Of a DNA stretch of 64,000 nucleotides, positions 45,889 through 58,534 are shown one piece after another (the first letter of the stretch is position 1; each line of letters starts with the position of its first letter). A program made the translations under genes and the position numbers. This stretch comes from an uncultured delta proteobacterium. GTDB taxonomy: Bacteria > Myxococcota > Myxococcia > Myxococcales > Myxococcaceae. The notes beneath the pieces are model-generated. The model saw only the letters and a list, made by a program, of their open reading frames with translations, was not told where the DNA came from and did no database searches. The stretch covers positions 1 to 64,000 of the forward strand of contig CAVYSY010000036.1 of assembly GCA_963771175.1 (NCBI GenBank), read 5' to 3'.

Positions 45889-46291
45889 ATGGCTTACAGC
45901 GACAAGGTCATCGACCACTACGAGAACCCCCGCAACGTCGGCACGCTCGACAAGGACGGACCCCAACGTGGGCACCGGCCTGGTCGGCGCGCCGGCCTGC
46001 GGCGACGTGATGCGCCTGCAGCTGAAGATCACCGACGAGGGCGTCATCGAGGACGCCAAGTTCAAGACCTTCGGCTGCGGCTCGGCCATCGCCTCCAGCT
46101 CGCTGGTCACCGAGTGGGTGAAGGGCAAGACGGTGGACCAGGCGATGGACGATCACCAACAAGGACATCGCGCGGGAGCTGTCGCTGCCGCCGGTGAAGA
46201 TCCACTGCTCGGTGCTCGCCGAGGACGCCATCAAGGCGGCCATCGCCGACTTCAAGAAGAAGCGCGAGGCCGCGCGCAGCAGAAGGCGTAG
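45889..46291 (+). CDS. iscU: Fe-S scaffold IscU (frameshifted)
   Basis: [53 protein letters not shown]. Confidence 0.95.
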
Positions 46292-46316
46292 CGGCCCGAG
46301 TGCAAGGAGACGCGTG

Positions 46317-46719
46317 ATGAACGAGCAGGCGACCAATCAGACGAGCCAGACGCCGCACCCGACGCCTGCCGCCCCGGCCGCGAAGCCGGCGCGCGGCATC
46401 ACGCTGGCCGACAGCGCGGTGGCGCGGCTCCAGAAGCTGCTCGCCGAGCGCAACACGCCCGAGGCCGGGCCTGCGCGTCGCGGTGAAGGGCGGCGGCTGC
46501 TCGGGGCTGGCCTACGTCATGGAGTGGGCCGAGAAGCCGCGCGAGAAGGACAAGATCTTCGAGCGCGACGGCGTGCGCGTCTTCGTCGACCCGAAGAGCT
46601 ACCTGTACCTGCATCGGCACGGAGCTCGTGTACGAGAAGACGCTGATGGCCTCGGGCTTCAAGCTGAAGAACCCCAACGTGAAGGCCCCTGCGGCTGCGG
46701 CGAGAGCTTCACGGTCTGA
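46317..46719 (+). CDS. iscA: A-type Fe-S carrier IscA (frameshifted)
   Basis: GGGCSGLAY, VFVDPKS, CGCGESF. Confidence 0.9.
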
Positions 46720-46808
46720 CGCCGCCCCTCTCCCATGAGGGAGTCATCCTGGGGCTCGGCCGCGGCAAGCCGGGCCCTTTGGTCTTTCCCCCGGAAAGGG
46801 GACGTGAA

Positions 46809-47443
46809 GTGAACTGCTGGAACTGCCAGACGGACACGGCGGGGCGCCCGTTCTGCCCGGCCTGCGGCAAGATCGCCGCCCGGCCGCCCGGCGCCACCCA
46901 CTTCGACGTCTTCGGGCTGCCGCAGCGCGTACGACGTGGACGTGCCGGCGCTGGAGCAGCAGCTACCGGGAGCTGTCGCTGCAGCTGCACCCGGACCGGT
47001 TCGCCCAGGCGGAGGCGCGCGAGCGCCGGCTGTCGCTGGAGCAGACCACGGCGCTCAACGAGGCCTACAAGACGCTCAAGGACCCGCACGAGCGCGCCTT
47101 CTACCTGCTGAAGCTGCACGGCGTGGACCTGGAGCGCGAGGACGCCGGCAGCGCAGAAGGACATGCCCCTCGAGTTCCTCGAGGAGGTGATGGAGCTGCG
47201 CGAGGCGCTGGACGAGGCCATGGCAGCCGAAGAACCTGGAGCGCGGCCCAGAAGATGGCCGCGGACGTGGCGGGCCGGCCGGAAGGCCGCCCTCGCGGAG
47301 GCCGTGGCCGCGCTGCGCACCCTGGAGCGGCGGCGGGCCGGCGACGTGCATCGGTGCACAAGGCATCGCACGCGCTGGGACGGGTGCGGTACTTCACGCG
47401 CTTCCTCGAGGAGGTGGACGCCTTCGAGGAGGAGACTGCTGTC

Positions 47444-47447
<4 letters not shown>
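46809..47447 (+). CDS. hscB: co-chaperone HscB (frameshifted)
   Basis: CWNC...[41 protein letters not shown]. Confidence 0.9.
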
Positions 47448-49307
<1,860 letters not shown>

Positions 49308-49312
49308 AAGCC

Positions 49313-49693
49313 GTGCCCAAGGTCACCTTCAGGAGCCCCCTGGACGACGTCACCGTGGAGGTGCCGACGGGGACCACCCTCCTCGAGGCCGCCGAGCAGT
49401 GCGGCGCCCAGGTGGGCCACTCCTGCGGCGGGCGTCTGCGCCTGCTCCACCTGCCACGTGTGGGTGCAGCAAGGGCCTGGAGTCGCTCTCCGAGCAGAGG
49501 ACGCAGGAGATGGACCGGCTGGACCAGGCCTTCGACGTGCGCCCCTACTCCCGCCTGGCCTGCCAGACCGAGGTGGGGAACGAGGATCTCGTGGTGGAGA
49601 TCACCGAGGAGTCCCTCACGGCCTTCATGGACGAGAACCCGGCCATCCGGCGCCGGCTCGGAGGCCGAGGGGAAGTGGCCGCTGAAGAAGTGA
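49313..49693 (+). CDS. fdx: ISC-type 2Fe-2S ferredoxin (frameshifted)
   Basis: [20 protein letters not shown]. Confidence 0.9.
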   Translation: MPKVTFRSPLDDVTVEVPTGTTLLEAAEQCGAQVGHSCGGRLRLLHLPRVGAARAWSRSPSRGRRRWTGWTRPSTCAPTPAWPARPRWGTRISWWRSPRSPSRPSWTRTRPSGAGSEAEGKWPLKK

Positions 49694-49708
49694 CGTTGCA
49701 CAACGTGC

Positions 49709-49737
49709 TTGACGGGGCCGACTGAGGCATCTATACA
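49709..49737 (+). promoter_or_regulatory. sigma70-type promoter of tRNA-Leu
   Basis: TTGACG-17 nt-TATACA followed by a GC-rich discriminator. Confidence 0.65.
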
Positions 49738-49778
49738 CCGCCCCGTCAACGCGCGCACCGCCGAGACGCCGCACCGCC

Positions 49779-49862
49779 GCCCAGGTGGTGGAATTGGTAG
49801 ACACACTAGATTCAGGGTCTAGCGCCTGCAAGGGCATGGAGGTTCGAGTCCTCTCCTGGGCA
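49779..49862 (+). tRNA. tRNA-Leu(CAG), CCA not encoded
   Basis: Acceptor GCCCAGG/CCTGGGC; D-loop GGAATTGGTAGAC; anticodon arm CTAGA-TTCAGGG-TCTAG; long variable arm; GGTTCGAGTCC. Confidence 0.97.
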
Positions 49863-49868
49863 CTGAAG

Positions 49869-49899
49869 AAGGCCCCGACTGAAAAGTCGGGGCCTTTTT
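49869..49899 (+). terminator. intrinsic terminator, possibly bidirectional
   Basis: AAGGCCCCGACT-GAAA-AGTCGGGGCCTTTTT. Confidence 0.9.
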
Positions 49900-49919
49900 C
49901 ATTTTCAGCCCTGTCCCCC

Positions 49920-51001
49920 TCAGCTCGGGGCGTGGACGGGCTGCACGGCCTCGTGGGCCACATGGCTGGTGGCCTCGCGCGCCAGACTGCCGCCCTTGCG
50001 CAGGTCCCGGAGGCGGATGCCGCGCATGCGCACGGAGAGGGCCCCCACCGTCACCTGGCTCAGCACGGTGCCCAGGTGGGTGAGGATGGAGAAGGCCGCC
50101 GCGTCCTCCGGCGTGGCGCCCAGGCTCCGCGCGGCCCAGCTGGTGACGAAGTAGTAGATGCCCATGCCCGCCGGCACCCCGGGGAGCGACTGGCCGAGCG
50201 CGATGGCGCCCAGGACGACGGCGCCGGCGAAGAGGCCCCCGCGCACGCCGATGCCCCGCAGGGCCAGCCCGTAGGCCAGGGCGGGCGCCAGCACCGGCCC
50301 GATGGAGAAGAACAGCGCCACCGCCATGCCCCGGAAGCTGCGCGCGGTGCCCAGGCCCTCGGACACGTGCCCCAGCAGGTGCCGCACCCGTGGCAGCGGT
50401 GCTTGCGCTCCAACGCTCGGGCGAGCGGCAGCGCGTAGTGGGCCAGCAGCACCACCAGCACCACCAGTCCCACGCACAGCCCCACCGCTATCCGCAGCGG
50501 GCCGGCGAAGTGGGCCATCGTCTCGCCGAAGGGTCCGACGAAGGACAGCGCCACCAGCAGCATCAGCGCGGCGAACTCCAGCAGCTTGCACACCACCACC
50601 GAGCCCAGCGACTGCAGGAACGGAATCCGCTGGGAGCGCGCCATCAGGAAGGAGCGGATGAAGTCCCCCAGCTTCCCGGGCAGCGCGTTGTGGGTGAAGG
50701 CACCGATAGCCACCAGGTGGTAGCGCTCGAGGAAGGGCACGGGCTTGCTCAGCGTCCTCTGCCACTGCGCCGCCCGCAGCGGGAGGATGGAGGCCGACAG
50801 CAGCATGAAGGGGATGAGCCAGGGCAGGTGCCCGGGCAGGTCGTGCACGAACTTCCCCAGCGGGAAGCGCGGGATGAGCAGCGGCCCGTCCCCGCCCAGG
50901 TTCCACCGGAAGAAGGCGCTGGAGATGAGGATGACGGAGAGCACCACCCCCACCAGCACCGCCAGCACCTTGAGGAACGTCCGGCCCGCTGGCCGATTCA
51001 T
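49920..51001 (-). CDS. lysylphosphatidylglycerol-synthase TM / flippase-like membrane protein (frameshift near 50395)
   Basis: LRAAQW, NALPGKLGDFIR, PGVPAGMGIY. Confidence 0.8.
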
Positions 51002-52599
51002 GTCGCCCCCGCCATCCTCTCCGCCGAGTACACCGTCGGCCGGCGCTCCTCGCGGTACACGTCCGAGAGCCGCTCATTGAGCTGCACGCAGTGGCTCAGC
51101 CCGGACAGGTCCACCGGCGCGTCGCGCGGCCAGCAGATGAGGCTGGACGTCTCCGTGCGGGTGAGGCCGCCATGCGAGCCGAACTCCCAGGCGAAGCCCA
51201 CCGTGCCGCCTCGCGACACCGCCTGACCGAAGAGCACCAGGTCTCCCGCGGTGGACATGTGCGGCAGCTCGCGCAGGAAGTCCGCCACCGCGCGGCGCGA
51301 GAACTCCGCCGACAGCGGCGCGCTGTCGAGCTCCTCCGGCCCGTACACCCGGCCCTGGACGACGGCCACCGCCGAGGCGCCCCGGCGCATCGTCACGATG
51401 CCGATGTCCGGGTGGCGCACGGCCCGCGCGAGCACCTCCGGGTGGCGCGCCACGAGCTGCGCGGCCTCGAGCGGCTTCTGCTCTCGCGTCAGGTAGACGT
51501 GGGAGAAGTTGCCGGACTCGACGACGACCGGCTCCGACGGGACGTACTCCCCGGCATCCACCGGGTGCGGGCGGCCGTCGAGCAGACCCCGCGCCACGTC
51601 CTCGGAGAGCGGCAGGGGCTCGCCGCGCAGGAGGATGTCCTCGAGGCGCTGCCCCGAGCGCTGCTCGAGCGGGTGGCTGTCCACGTGGCCGTGGTCCGTG
51701 ACGAAGATGATGTCGTAGCCGGGCTCCACGGCCTTGGCCACGGCGTAGAGCTCGGCGAGGTAGGCGTCCACGCGGCGCAGCTCCGCGAGCGCCTGCTGCG
51801 ACCGCGGGCCCCGGCGGTGGGCCACCTCGTCATAGTTGCCGAAGACGAGGTAGACGACGGGCACGCCGCGCACCATGTCCACCAGGGCCTTGGTATGGGC
51901 GAAGCTCCACCCGAGCCGCTGGAGGAAGACGCGGCTGACGAGGAAGCCACGCTCGTGGCGCCAGTCCCGGAGCGCGCGGCCCCAGCGGTACACCTCGGTG
52001 AAGGCCTTCCACACATCGCCGCCGAGTGAGCGGAGGTACGAGAGCGGCGTCTGCGTGCGCGCCACGAGGATGCCTTCCATCTCGCTCGTGTAGTTGCGCG
52101 CCATCAGCTTGAGGCTCGCCAGCGTGCTCATGCACAGGCGGTTGTCGGCCTCGGCCTGGAAGAGCGAGAAGTAGGTGTGTCCGCCGCCGGCCAGCAGGCT
52201 CGTCCCGGTGCGGCGGCCCAGCCGCTCCTCGATGGCGAGCGTGTCCCGCGGGGTGCTCATCATCACCTTGCGACCGAGCTGCCGATCGAACCAGCTATAG
52301 GCCGGCAGGTTGGGATGGCGCAGGCCGTAGAGCAGGCCCGCCTGGAAGAAGGGCGTTGAGGCAGGCGAGCCCCAGAACGCATCGTCCATGAAGTAGGCAC
52401 CCGAGCGAACGAGCTTCGCGAAGAAGGGCATCCACCCCGTCCGGACGGACTCTTCCAGGTGCACCTTGGGCACACCGTCCAGGTGGACGACGAACAGCCC
52501 ACGTCGCCGGGTGTTCGCCACGGGGCCAACCCTGGCCCCCACACGCCGCACGTACTCTCGGGCCCACGACCGAAGCTGCGGGTTGATGACTTCGTTCAC
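50998..52599 (-). CDS. alkaline phosphatase / nucleotide pyrophosphatase superfamily protein
   Basis: VHLDGV, PASTP, YDEVAHRRGP, TDHGH, GSHGGL; GGAGG RBS plus GTG. Confidence 0.85.
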   Translation of the reverse strand: MNEVINPQLRSWAREYVRRVGARVGPVANTRRRGLFVVHLDGVPKVHLEESVRTGWMPFFAKLVRSGAYFMDDAFWGSPASTPFFQAGLLYGLRHPNLPAYSWFDRQLGRKVMMSTPRDTLAIEERLGRRTGTSLLAGGGHTYFSLFQAEADNRLCMSTLASLKLMARNYTSEMEGILVARTQTPLSYLRSLGGDVWKAFTEVYRWGRALRDWRHERGFLVSRVFLQRLGWSFAHTKALVDMVRGVPVVYLVFGNYDEVAHRRGPRSQQALAELRRVDAYLAELYAVAKAVEPGYDIIFVTDHGHVDSHPLEQRSGQRLEDILLRGEPLPLSEDVARGLLDGRPHPVDAGEYVPSEPVVVESGNFSHVYLTREQKPLEAAQLVARHPEVLARAVRHPDIGIVTMRRGASAVAVVQGRVYGPEELDSAPLSAEFSRRAVADFLRELPHMSTAGDLVLFGQAVSRGGTVGFAWEFGSHGGLTRTETSSLICWPRDAPVDLSGLSHCVQLNERLSDVYREERRPTVYSAERMAGAT

Positions 52600-52753
52600 G
52601 TTGTGGCCTCCCCTCCCCCCGTGGCCATGATGCGCACCGAGGTGGCCACCAGCCGTGCGAGCCGGGAGGCCCCGTCGGAGGGCAGCCAGACGGGCACGCG
52701 CCTCGAACGTCGAGATGGTCGCACCCCTTGTGCACATGTCACCTTGGGGCGTG

Positions 52754-53941
52754 ATGCTGACGACCGCGCTGCTGTTGACCACCCTGGCCACCGCCACGGC
52801 CGCCGCCCCGAGTGCCCCGCCTTCCGCGACCACCGCCCCGGTGGAAGAGCCGCCGAAGAAGGAGCGGGGCGTGGACGCCATCGTGCTGCCACTGCTGAGC
52901 TACAACTCGGACCAGGGCTTCACGTATGGCGGCGTGGCCGGAGCGTACCTGTACGCGCCCGGACACACCCCGTACCAGCACGGCATCGCGCTCCAGGCGA
53001 TGTTCACCAGCCGCGGGCAGCAGAGCCACTACCTGCGCTACGACGGGCCGCAGCTCATCGGGCCCATGCGGCTGGAGCTGCGCCTGGAGTACCGGCGCGA
53101 GCTGCGCAGCCCCTTCTACGGTCCGGGCAACGTGTCCGCGCAGGACTTCACGGGGGACGAGAACCAGGAGCGCTTCAACTACAAGAAGGGCTCGCCCGGC
53201 GCGTGGGTGCGCCTGCGCGGCCGGCCCTTCGGGGAGACGCACCCCTTCCAGTCCTACGTGGGCTACTCCTGGCGGTACACGGAGGTGGATCCGTTCGACG
53301 CCTCGGTGCTGCAGGAGCTCAAGCCGGTGGGGATTGAAGGCGGACCCACGGGGCAGATCAGCGCGGGCGTGCTCTGGGACACGCGCGACAACGAGACGGA
53401 CCCGAGCCGCGGGGGCGTGGAGGAGCTGGCGCTGCGCGTGTCGGGGAGCGCCACGGGGAGCCGCTACCAGTACGCGGGCGTGACGCTGAGCGAGCGGCGC
53501 TACTGGAAGCTGAACTCGCGCTTCCTCGTGGCGCAGCGGCTGACGCTGGACGTGCTGTTCGGCGAGGTGCCCTTCTTCGAGTGGGTGAACACCGGCGGCG
53601 TGAGCACCTCCGAGGGCATCGGCGGCATGAGCAGCGTGCGCGGCATCGAGCGCAACCGGTTCGCGGGCAACATCAAGGCCTTCACGAACACGGAGCTGCG
53701 CTTCCGCGCCTTCGACTTCAATCTGTTCAAGGCGCCGGTGACGGTGGGCGGCGTGGCCTTCGTGGACCTGGGGCGCGTGTGGCACCCGGGCGTGACGGAC
53801 GGCCCGTGGTGGAAGTGGCACCCGGGCGTGGGCGGCGGCCTGCGGCTCACCCGGCGCGCGGCGGTGGTGCGCTTCGACTTCGCCATCTCCCCCGAGACGG
53901 GCCGAAGCCGCATGTACCTGAACTTCGGGCACATGTTCTGA
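52754..53941 (+). CDS. Omp85/BamA-TamA family outer-membrane barrel
   Basis: WDTRDN, VRGIERNRF, FVDLGRVW, GVGGGLR, C-terminal GHMF. Confidence 0.85.
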   Translation: MLTTALLLTTLATATAAAPSAPPSATTAPVEEPPKKERGVDAIVLPLLSYNSDQGFTYGGVAGAYLYAPGHTPYQHGIALQAMFTSRGQQSHYLRYDGPQLIGPMRLELRLEYRRELRSPFYGPGNVSAQDFTGDENQERFNYKKGSPGAWVRLRGRPFGETHPFQSYVGYSWRYTEVDPFDASVLQELKPVGIEGGPTGQISAGVLWDTRDNETDPSRGGVEELALRVSGSATGSRYQYAGVTLSERRYWKLNSRFLVAQRLTLDVLFGEVPFFEWVNTGGVSTSEGIGGMSSVRGIERNRFAGNIKAFTNTELRFRAFDFNLFKAPVTVGGVAFVDLGRVWHPGVTDGPWWKWHPGVGGGLRLTRRAAVVRFDFAISPETGRSRMYLNFGHMF

Positions 53942-53951
53942 GCGGCTCGCC

Positions 53952-54863
53952 TCACCTGGGCCGAGCGGGCTCCTGGAATCGGCGCAGCGAGGACCAGGGG
54001 AAGGGCTTCCAGAAGGGCGTCGCCACTTCCTCCCCGTCCAGCGAGAACCAGGGGCCGTCCTCGCCCGGCGAGAGGACGTGGAAGTCCTGCGCCGGGATGA
54101 AGCCCTGGCCGAGCAGTGCCACCCGCTCGCCCTGGGCGTTGCGCGCCACGTCCAGCACGAGCACCGCGTGCCCCGGGCTGCCGCCCAGCACGAAGAAGTC
54201 CCCCGGCCGCACGTCCTCGCGCTTGGGGCGCTGCGCCTCGGCGGCCAGCGACAGCGTCCCCGCGTAGGTGAAGACCAGGTCCAGGTACGCGCGGAACGAG
54301 GCGCGCGAGCCATCCACCGGCCCGCTCTTCACCCACGTCACCTTGGAGCCGGACACGCGGGCCCGGTCGCCGGCCGAGTAGCGCGTCCAGGACGCCAGGT
54401 GCCCGCTGGTGAAGCGGTAGGCGACGCGCTCCTTCTGGCCCCGCGACCACAGCCACTCGGCATGGAGGCGGATGATGGAGTCCGCGCACTGCTGGAGGTT
54501 GGCCGAGCCCACGTCCAGCTCGGCCACCGCCGCGAGGGAGGAGTCGTCCCCGGCGAGAATCTCCTGCGCCCGGAAGTCCCGCACCGGAGTGCCCTCCGGA
54601 CGCAGCGGCAGGCCGCGCAGCCACTCCCCGAAGGAGCCCGCCTCGACCGACACCCGCGTGTAGCCGGACGGAGGCGGAAGGGCCTCGGCGAGCGGGCGGA
54701 TGGGACGCTCCGCGGAGAGCCAGGGGTAGCGGGCCCGCTCCTCGCGCGTGGGCACGCGGGGTTCAGCGGAGCCCGCCGCCGCGCCTCCCGGCAGTCCCAG
54801 CAGGAAGACGAACGACACGAGCAGCAACAGGCGGTGGGGTGTCTGGCACATGAGCAGCCTCAT
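53952..54863 (-). CDS. DUF4846-like secreted protein
   Basis: FGEWLRGLPL, LQQCADSIIRL, YAGTLSL, GGSPGHAV, QGFIPAQ. Confidence 0.75.
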   Translation of the reverse strand: MRLLMCQTPHRLLLLVSFVFLLGLPGGAAAGSAEPRVPTREERARYPWLSAERPIRPLAEALPPPSGYTRVSVEAGSFGEWLRGLPLRPEGTPVRDFRAQEILAGDDSSLAAVAELDVGSANLQQCADSIIRLHAEWLWSRGQKERVAYRFTSGHLASWTRYSAGDRARVSGSKVTWVKSGPVDGSRASFRAYLDLVFTYAGTLSLAAEAQRPKREDVRPGDFFVLGGSPGHAVLVLDVARNAQGERVALLGQGFIPAQDFHVLSPGEDGPWFSLDGEEVATPFWKPFPWSSLRRFQEPARPR

Positions 54864-56867
54864 GCTCCGACACCCCGCCCGCTCGCGCCAGGGTCAGGGG
54901 CAAGAAATGGGTGCGAAGTTCCCGTCGTAGAGACCGACGCAGGTGTACTGGCCGGTGGTGGTCCTCGAACTGCGCGATACGTCCCGCCAAGCTGCGACTG
55001 GCCAATCCGTACATTGAAATACGGCGTGCGAGTGACGCTGGCGGAGGCGCCCGTGATGATGGCGTTCTGGACGGTGATGGTGCGGAGCGTGGTGCCAGAG
55101 TTGTAGGAGGAGATGCCCTCGTTGGTCGACGCCGCGCCGCTCGCGGTCATGACGCTGTTGCGCACGGTGGCGTTGGCATCGTGCACGAAGAAGCCGTTGG
55201 AGTCAGTGCCACCGATGCCGACAGCCTCCACATTGACCAGCACCACGTCGCCCTGGGCGTATATCGCCCAGTTGGAGTCGGCACCGCTGGCCTTGGAACT
55301 CACGTTGCGCAGGTAGACGGTACCGCGACGCGTGTAGATACCCACGGTCTGGTACGGGTCCGTGCTCGGGCTCGGGCTCACGCTGGTGACCGTTGCCTCG
55401 ACAGCGGACTCCAGCAGGTTCACCGTGCAATCAAAGCAGCGGAAGCCGCTGGAGTAGCCGGAGTCGCTGATCGCGAAGGCGCGCAGATTCTTGAAGGTGC
55501 CCTGCGCGTTCCTGAGGACGATTCCAAAAGTGACGGAAGTGCCACCGCGAGAGGTGGCGATGATGTCGTGGACGTTGAAGCTCGCGGCCTCGCTGTACAC
55601 GGCGATGGCTTCAGCGATCCCACCTGTGTTCTCCACGGTAAGGGAGCTCAACACGGCGCCTGCTGCCCCCACCACGGTGCCGGCGTTGATCGCGTCGACG
55701 GAGGAACGCAGGGTGGTGGCATTCTCGCCGGAGCCCTGGAGGTGCATGCCCGGCTTGAGGCGGAGCGGAGTGGTCCCGAGGTCATAGACACCCGGCTCCA
55801 CCTGGACCAACCACGTCTGGCCATCGGGGATGCCCTCGACGGCGGCGCGCAGCGCATTGCCGCTCTCCACGTCCGTGGCCCCCGGGCTGACCACCTTCGT
55901 GCGCACGTACACCACGCCGCCCGGAGGCCCCATGGGGCCAGTGTCGCCCTTGTCGCCCTTCGCACCTGGAGCGCCCGGAGCACCCACATCGCCTTTGTCG
56001 CCCTTGGCCCCCGTGTCGCCCTTCAGACCGTTGCAGATGAAGCGGGTGAGCGAGACATTGAACTCGCCCGGCATCGAGCATGCCGTTGCGATTGGTGTCG
56101 AGTCCGACATCCATCCGGCTGCCACCCGCGGAGCAGTTGGAGCCCGCCGGCTCGTCCGAGTTCACCACCAGCGTGCTCAGTCCATTCTCCCCAGCCGCAC
56201 CCGTGTCACCCTTGGCGCCCGTCAGACCCGTGTCGCCCTTGGCTCCCGTCAGACCCGTGTCGCCCTTGGCCCCCGTGTCGCCCTTCAATCCCTGCACGCC
56301 ATTGCAGACGTAGCGGGTGAGCGAGGCGTCCACCTCGTCCGTACCGAGCGTGCCATCGCGGTTGGTATCGAGACCCACCTGCATCCGGCTGCCCCCGGAC
56401 GGGCAGTTGACGCCCGCCGGCTCGACCGAGGTGGCCACCAGCGCGCTCAGGCCATCCGCACCACCGGCGGGCCCGGGCAGGCCCCTGTCGCCCTTGGGGC
56501 CCTGGGCGCCGTTGCAGACATAGCGGGTGAGCATGGAGTCGATCTCCGCGTCATCGAGGGAGCCATCGCGATTGGCATCCGCGCCGACCACGAGCCGCAC
56601 GCCGCCCGTGGGGCAGGCAACGCCTGGCTGCTCGGCCGAGGTCAGGACCAACGTCTTGAGGCCCTCGGGGCCCTGGGCGCCCGGGGCTCCCGCCGCCCCT
56701 GATTGTCCGGGCTGACCCGCGGGACCCCGAGGCCCCAGGTCTCCCTGGGGACCGGGCTGACTGCCGCATGCGGTGACGAGGACGAGGACTGCGGCACGAA
56801 GAGAGAGGGTTCTCAAGCCCAAGGTGGAACTCCGAGAGGCGAGGGGGTGCCGCTCGCTCTTACTCAA
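54860..56867 (-). CDS. collagen-like repeat lipoprotein with C-terminal beta-helix-like domain (frameshift near 56070)
   Basis: VTAC lipobox; GXY runs alternating with three EPAGxNCxxGG...DxNxDGxLD...YVCNG modules; start uncertain. Confidence 0.75.
56200..56274. repeat. 27-bp tandem repeat encoding collagen triplets
   Basis: CCCGTGTC(A/G)CCCTTGGC(G/T)CCCGTCAGA, about 2.7 copies. Confidence 0.8.
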
Positions 56868-57087
56868 AGCCGCATGGCGGAAGATAGCCCCCTGGGAACG
56901 GCTCCAGGCGCATCACGGTCGACCGACCAGGAGGGGAATCCCTCGTCGTGCGGGTCCCTGACGGAGCGACCTGCCACGGGCCCTCCTGCCCTCTGCTCGT
57001 GCCACATCCGCCTCGAGCCCAGGGCCACACTTGCGGGCCCCCGGGAGCACACCGCACCTTCAGGAGGACATTGCCTCGGAGGCCATC

Positions 57088-57423
57088 ATGTGGGCTCGCT
57101 GGTCGAATCTCGTCCTGTCCGTTTGGCTCGTCCTCTCGCCGTTCGTCCTCGGCTTTGATTCGCCAGCGGCACGCGCCAACACCGTCACCGTGGGCCTGGG
57201 CCTCTTCCTCTTCGCCCTGGTGGCCGAGGCCATCCCGGCCTTCCGCTTCGTCGACACGGCGCTCGGCTTGTGGCTCATCGCCTCGCCATTCCTGCTCGGG
57301 TACCGCAACGAGCTGGCGCCCACCGCGAACAGCATCCTCGTGGGCCTGCTGGTGACGGCCCTATCGCTCGTGCGCTCGCCCGGGAGGCTGTACCTGCGCC
57401 CGCGGCGCGCAGCCCATCCGTGA
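57088..57423 (+). CDS. SPW-repeat membrane protein
   Basis: Two WLxxSPFxLG repeats. Confidence 0.8.
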   Translation: MWARWSNLVLSVWLVLSPFVLGFDSPAARANTVTVGLGLFLFALVAEAIPAFRFVDTALGLWLIASPFLLGYRNELAPTANSILVGLLVTALSLVRSPGRLYLRPRRAAHP

Positions 57424-57454
57424 CGGGGGAACGGGCGGGCCCTCGCCCCCCGCC

Positions 57455-58534
57455 CTATCGCGCGGCGTCGAGCCAGGGGCGGAGCCGTGCATCCGGCTGC
57501 GCCTCACCGCGCACGCCCGGCTCCACCGAGAGCTCCAGCGTGTGGAAGCCCCGCGCCTGGATGCCCTCCAGCAGCGCGGCCCGCTTCTCCTCGTCCGGGG
57601 CGAACAGGATGCACCCGTCCCCGCCACCGGCGCCGGACTGCTTGCCCACGCACCCGTACGCCGCGGCCATGCCCAGCACCCGGCGCATCGGCTCGGTCTC
57701 CAGCGGGCCCAGCTCCTGGAGCAGCACGTGCTGCTCGCGCACGGCCTCGGAGAAGGCGCGGAAGTCCCCGCCCCCGAGCCCCACTTCAATCTCGTGCCCC
57801 AGCGCGTCCGAGCGCTCCACGAAGGCCCGGCGCCCGGACTCGCCCATCCGGGCCTCCACCTGCGAGATGAGCACCCGCGTCGAGGCGCTCTCCCCGGTGA
57901 AGGCATACCCCAGGGACAGCTTGGGGTTCGGCAGGCGCCACACGTCCACCGCGGGGGCCGCGTCCAGCGCCGCGCGGTAGCCTCCGGCGCTCGACGCCTC
58001 GATGAGCCCCGCCACCTCGTAGCGCCGGTAGCGCGCGATGCCGCCCGCGTAGCTCGCGGCCACGTCGCCGCCGCTGCCCTTCCCGCCCTGGGCCGCCGCG
58101 TGCGACACCAGCGCCACCTTCAGCGCGTCGAACTTCTCCTCCAGCACGAAGCGCACCGCGTCCGCCGCCAGCACCGTGGCGCACGCGCTGCCGCCCATGC
58201 CCAGCTTCTTCCCGTTGGGCCCCACCGCCGACGGCGCCACCGCCAGGTCGAAACCCACGGACTCGCGCCCGTGCAGCCGCAGCGCCTCGTCGAGCGTGCG
58301 CGCCACGAAGGAGAAGCCCGCGGGCACCTCGCGCTCCCACCGCACGCCCCGAGGCGTCGTCCGCCCCGACAGCGTCCCCTCCTCCAGGCAGAGGTGCACC
58401 TGGCTGTCCGCGCGCCGACGCACCAGCGCCGCCGTCCGCGGGCCCACCGCCGCCACGCGCGACACGCCGCCCCACAGCACGGCGTACTCGCCAGACACGA
58501 ACAGCTTCCCCGGGGCCGAGAGGGCGCGCTCCAT
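57455..58534 (-). CDS. phosphomevalonate kinase
   Basis: APGKLFVSGEYAVL, KLGMGGSA, GSGGDVAAS, KQSGAGGGDG; operon context. Confidence 0.88.
   Translation of the reverse strand: MERALSAPGKLFVSGEYAVLWGGVSRVAAVGPRTAALVRRRADSQVHLCLEEGTLSGRTTPRGVRWEREVPAGFSFVARTLDEALRLHGRESVGFDLAVAPSAVGPNGKKLGMGGSACATVLAADAVRFVLEEKFDALKVALVSHAAAQGGKGSGGDVAASYAGGIARYRRYEVAGLIEASSAGGYRAALDAAPAVDVWRLPNPKLSLGYAFTGESASTRVLISQVEARMGESGRRAFVERSDALGHEIEVGLGGGDFRAFSEAVREQHVLLQELGPLETEPMRRVLGMAAAYGCVGKQSGAGGGDGCILFAPDEEKRAALLEGIQARGFHTLELSVEPGVRGEAQPDARLRPWLDAAR

Noticed and set aside
49779..49920. tRNA-Leu as an integration site
   Set aside because: Followed directly by its terminator and host-like genes; no integrase or duplicated 3' end seen
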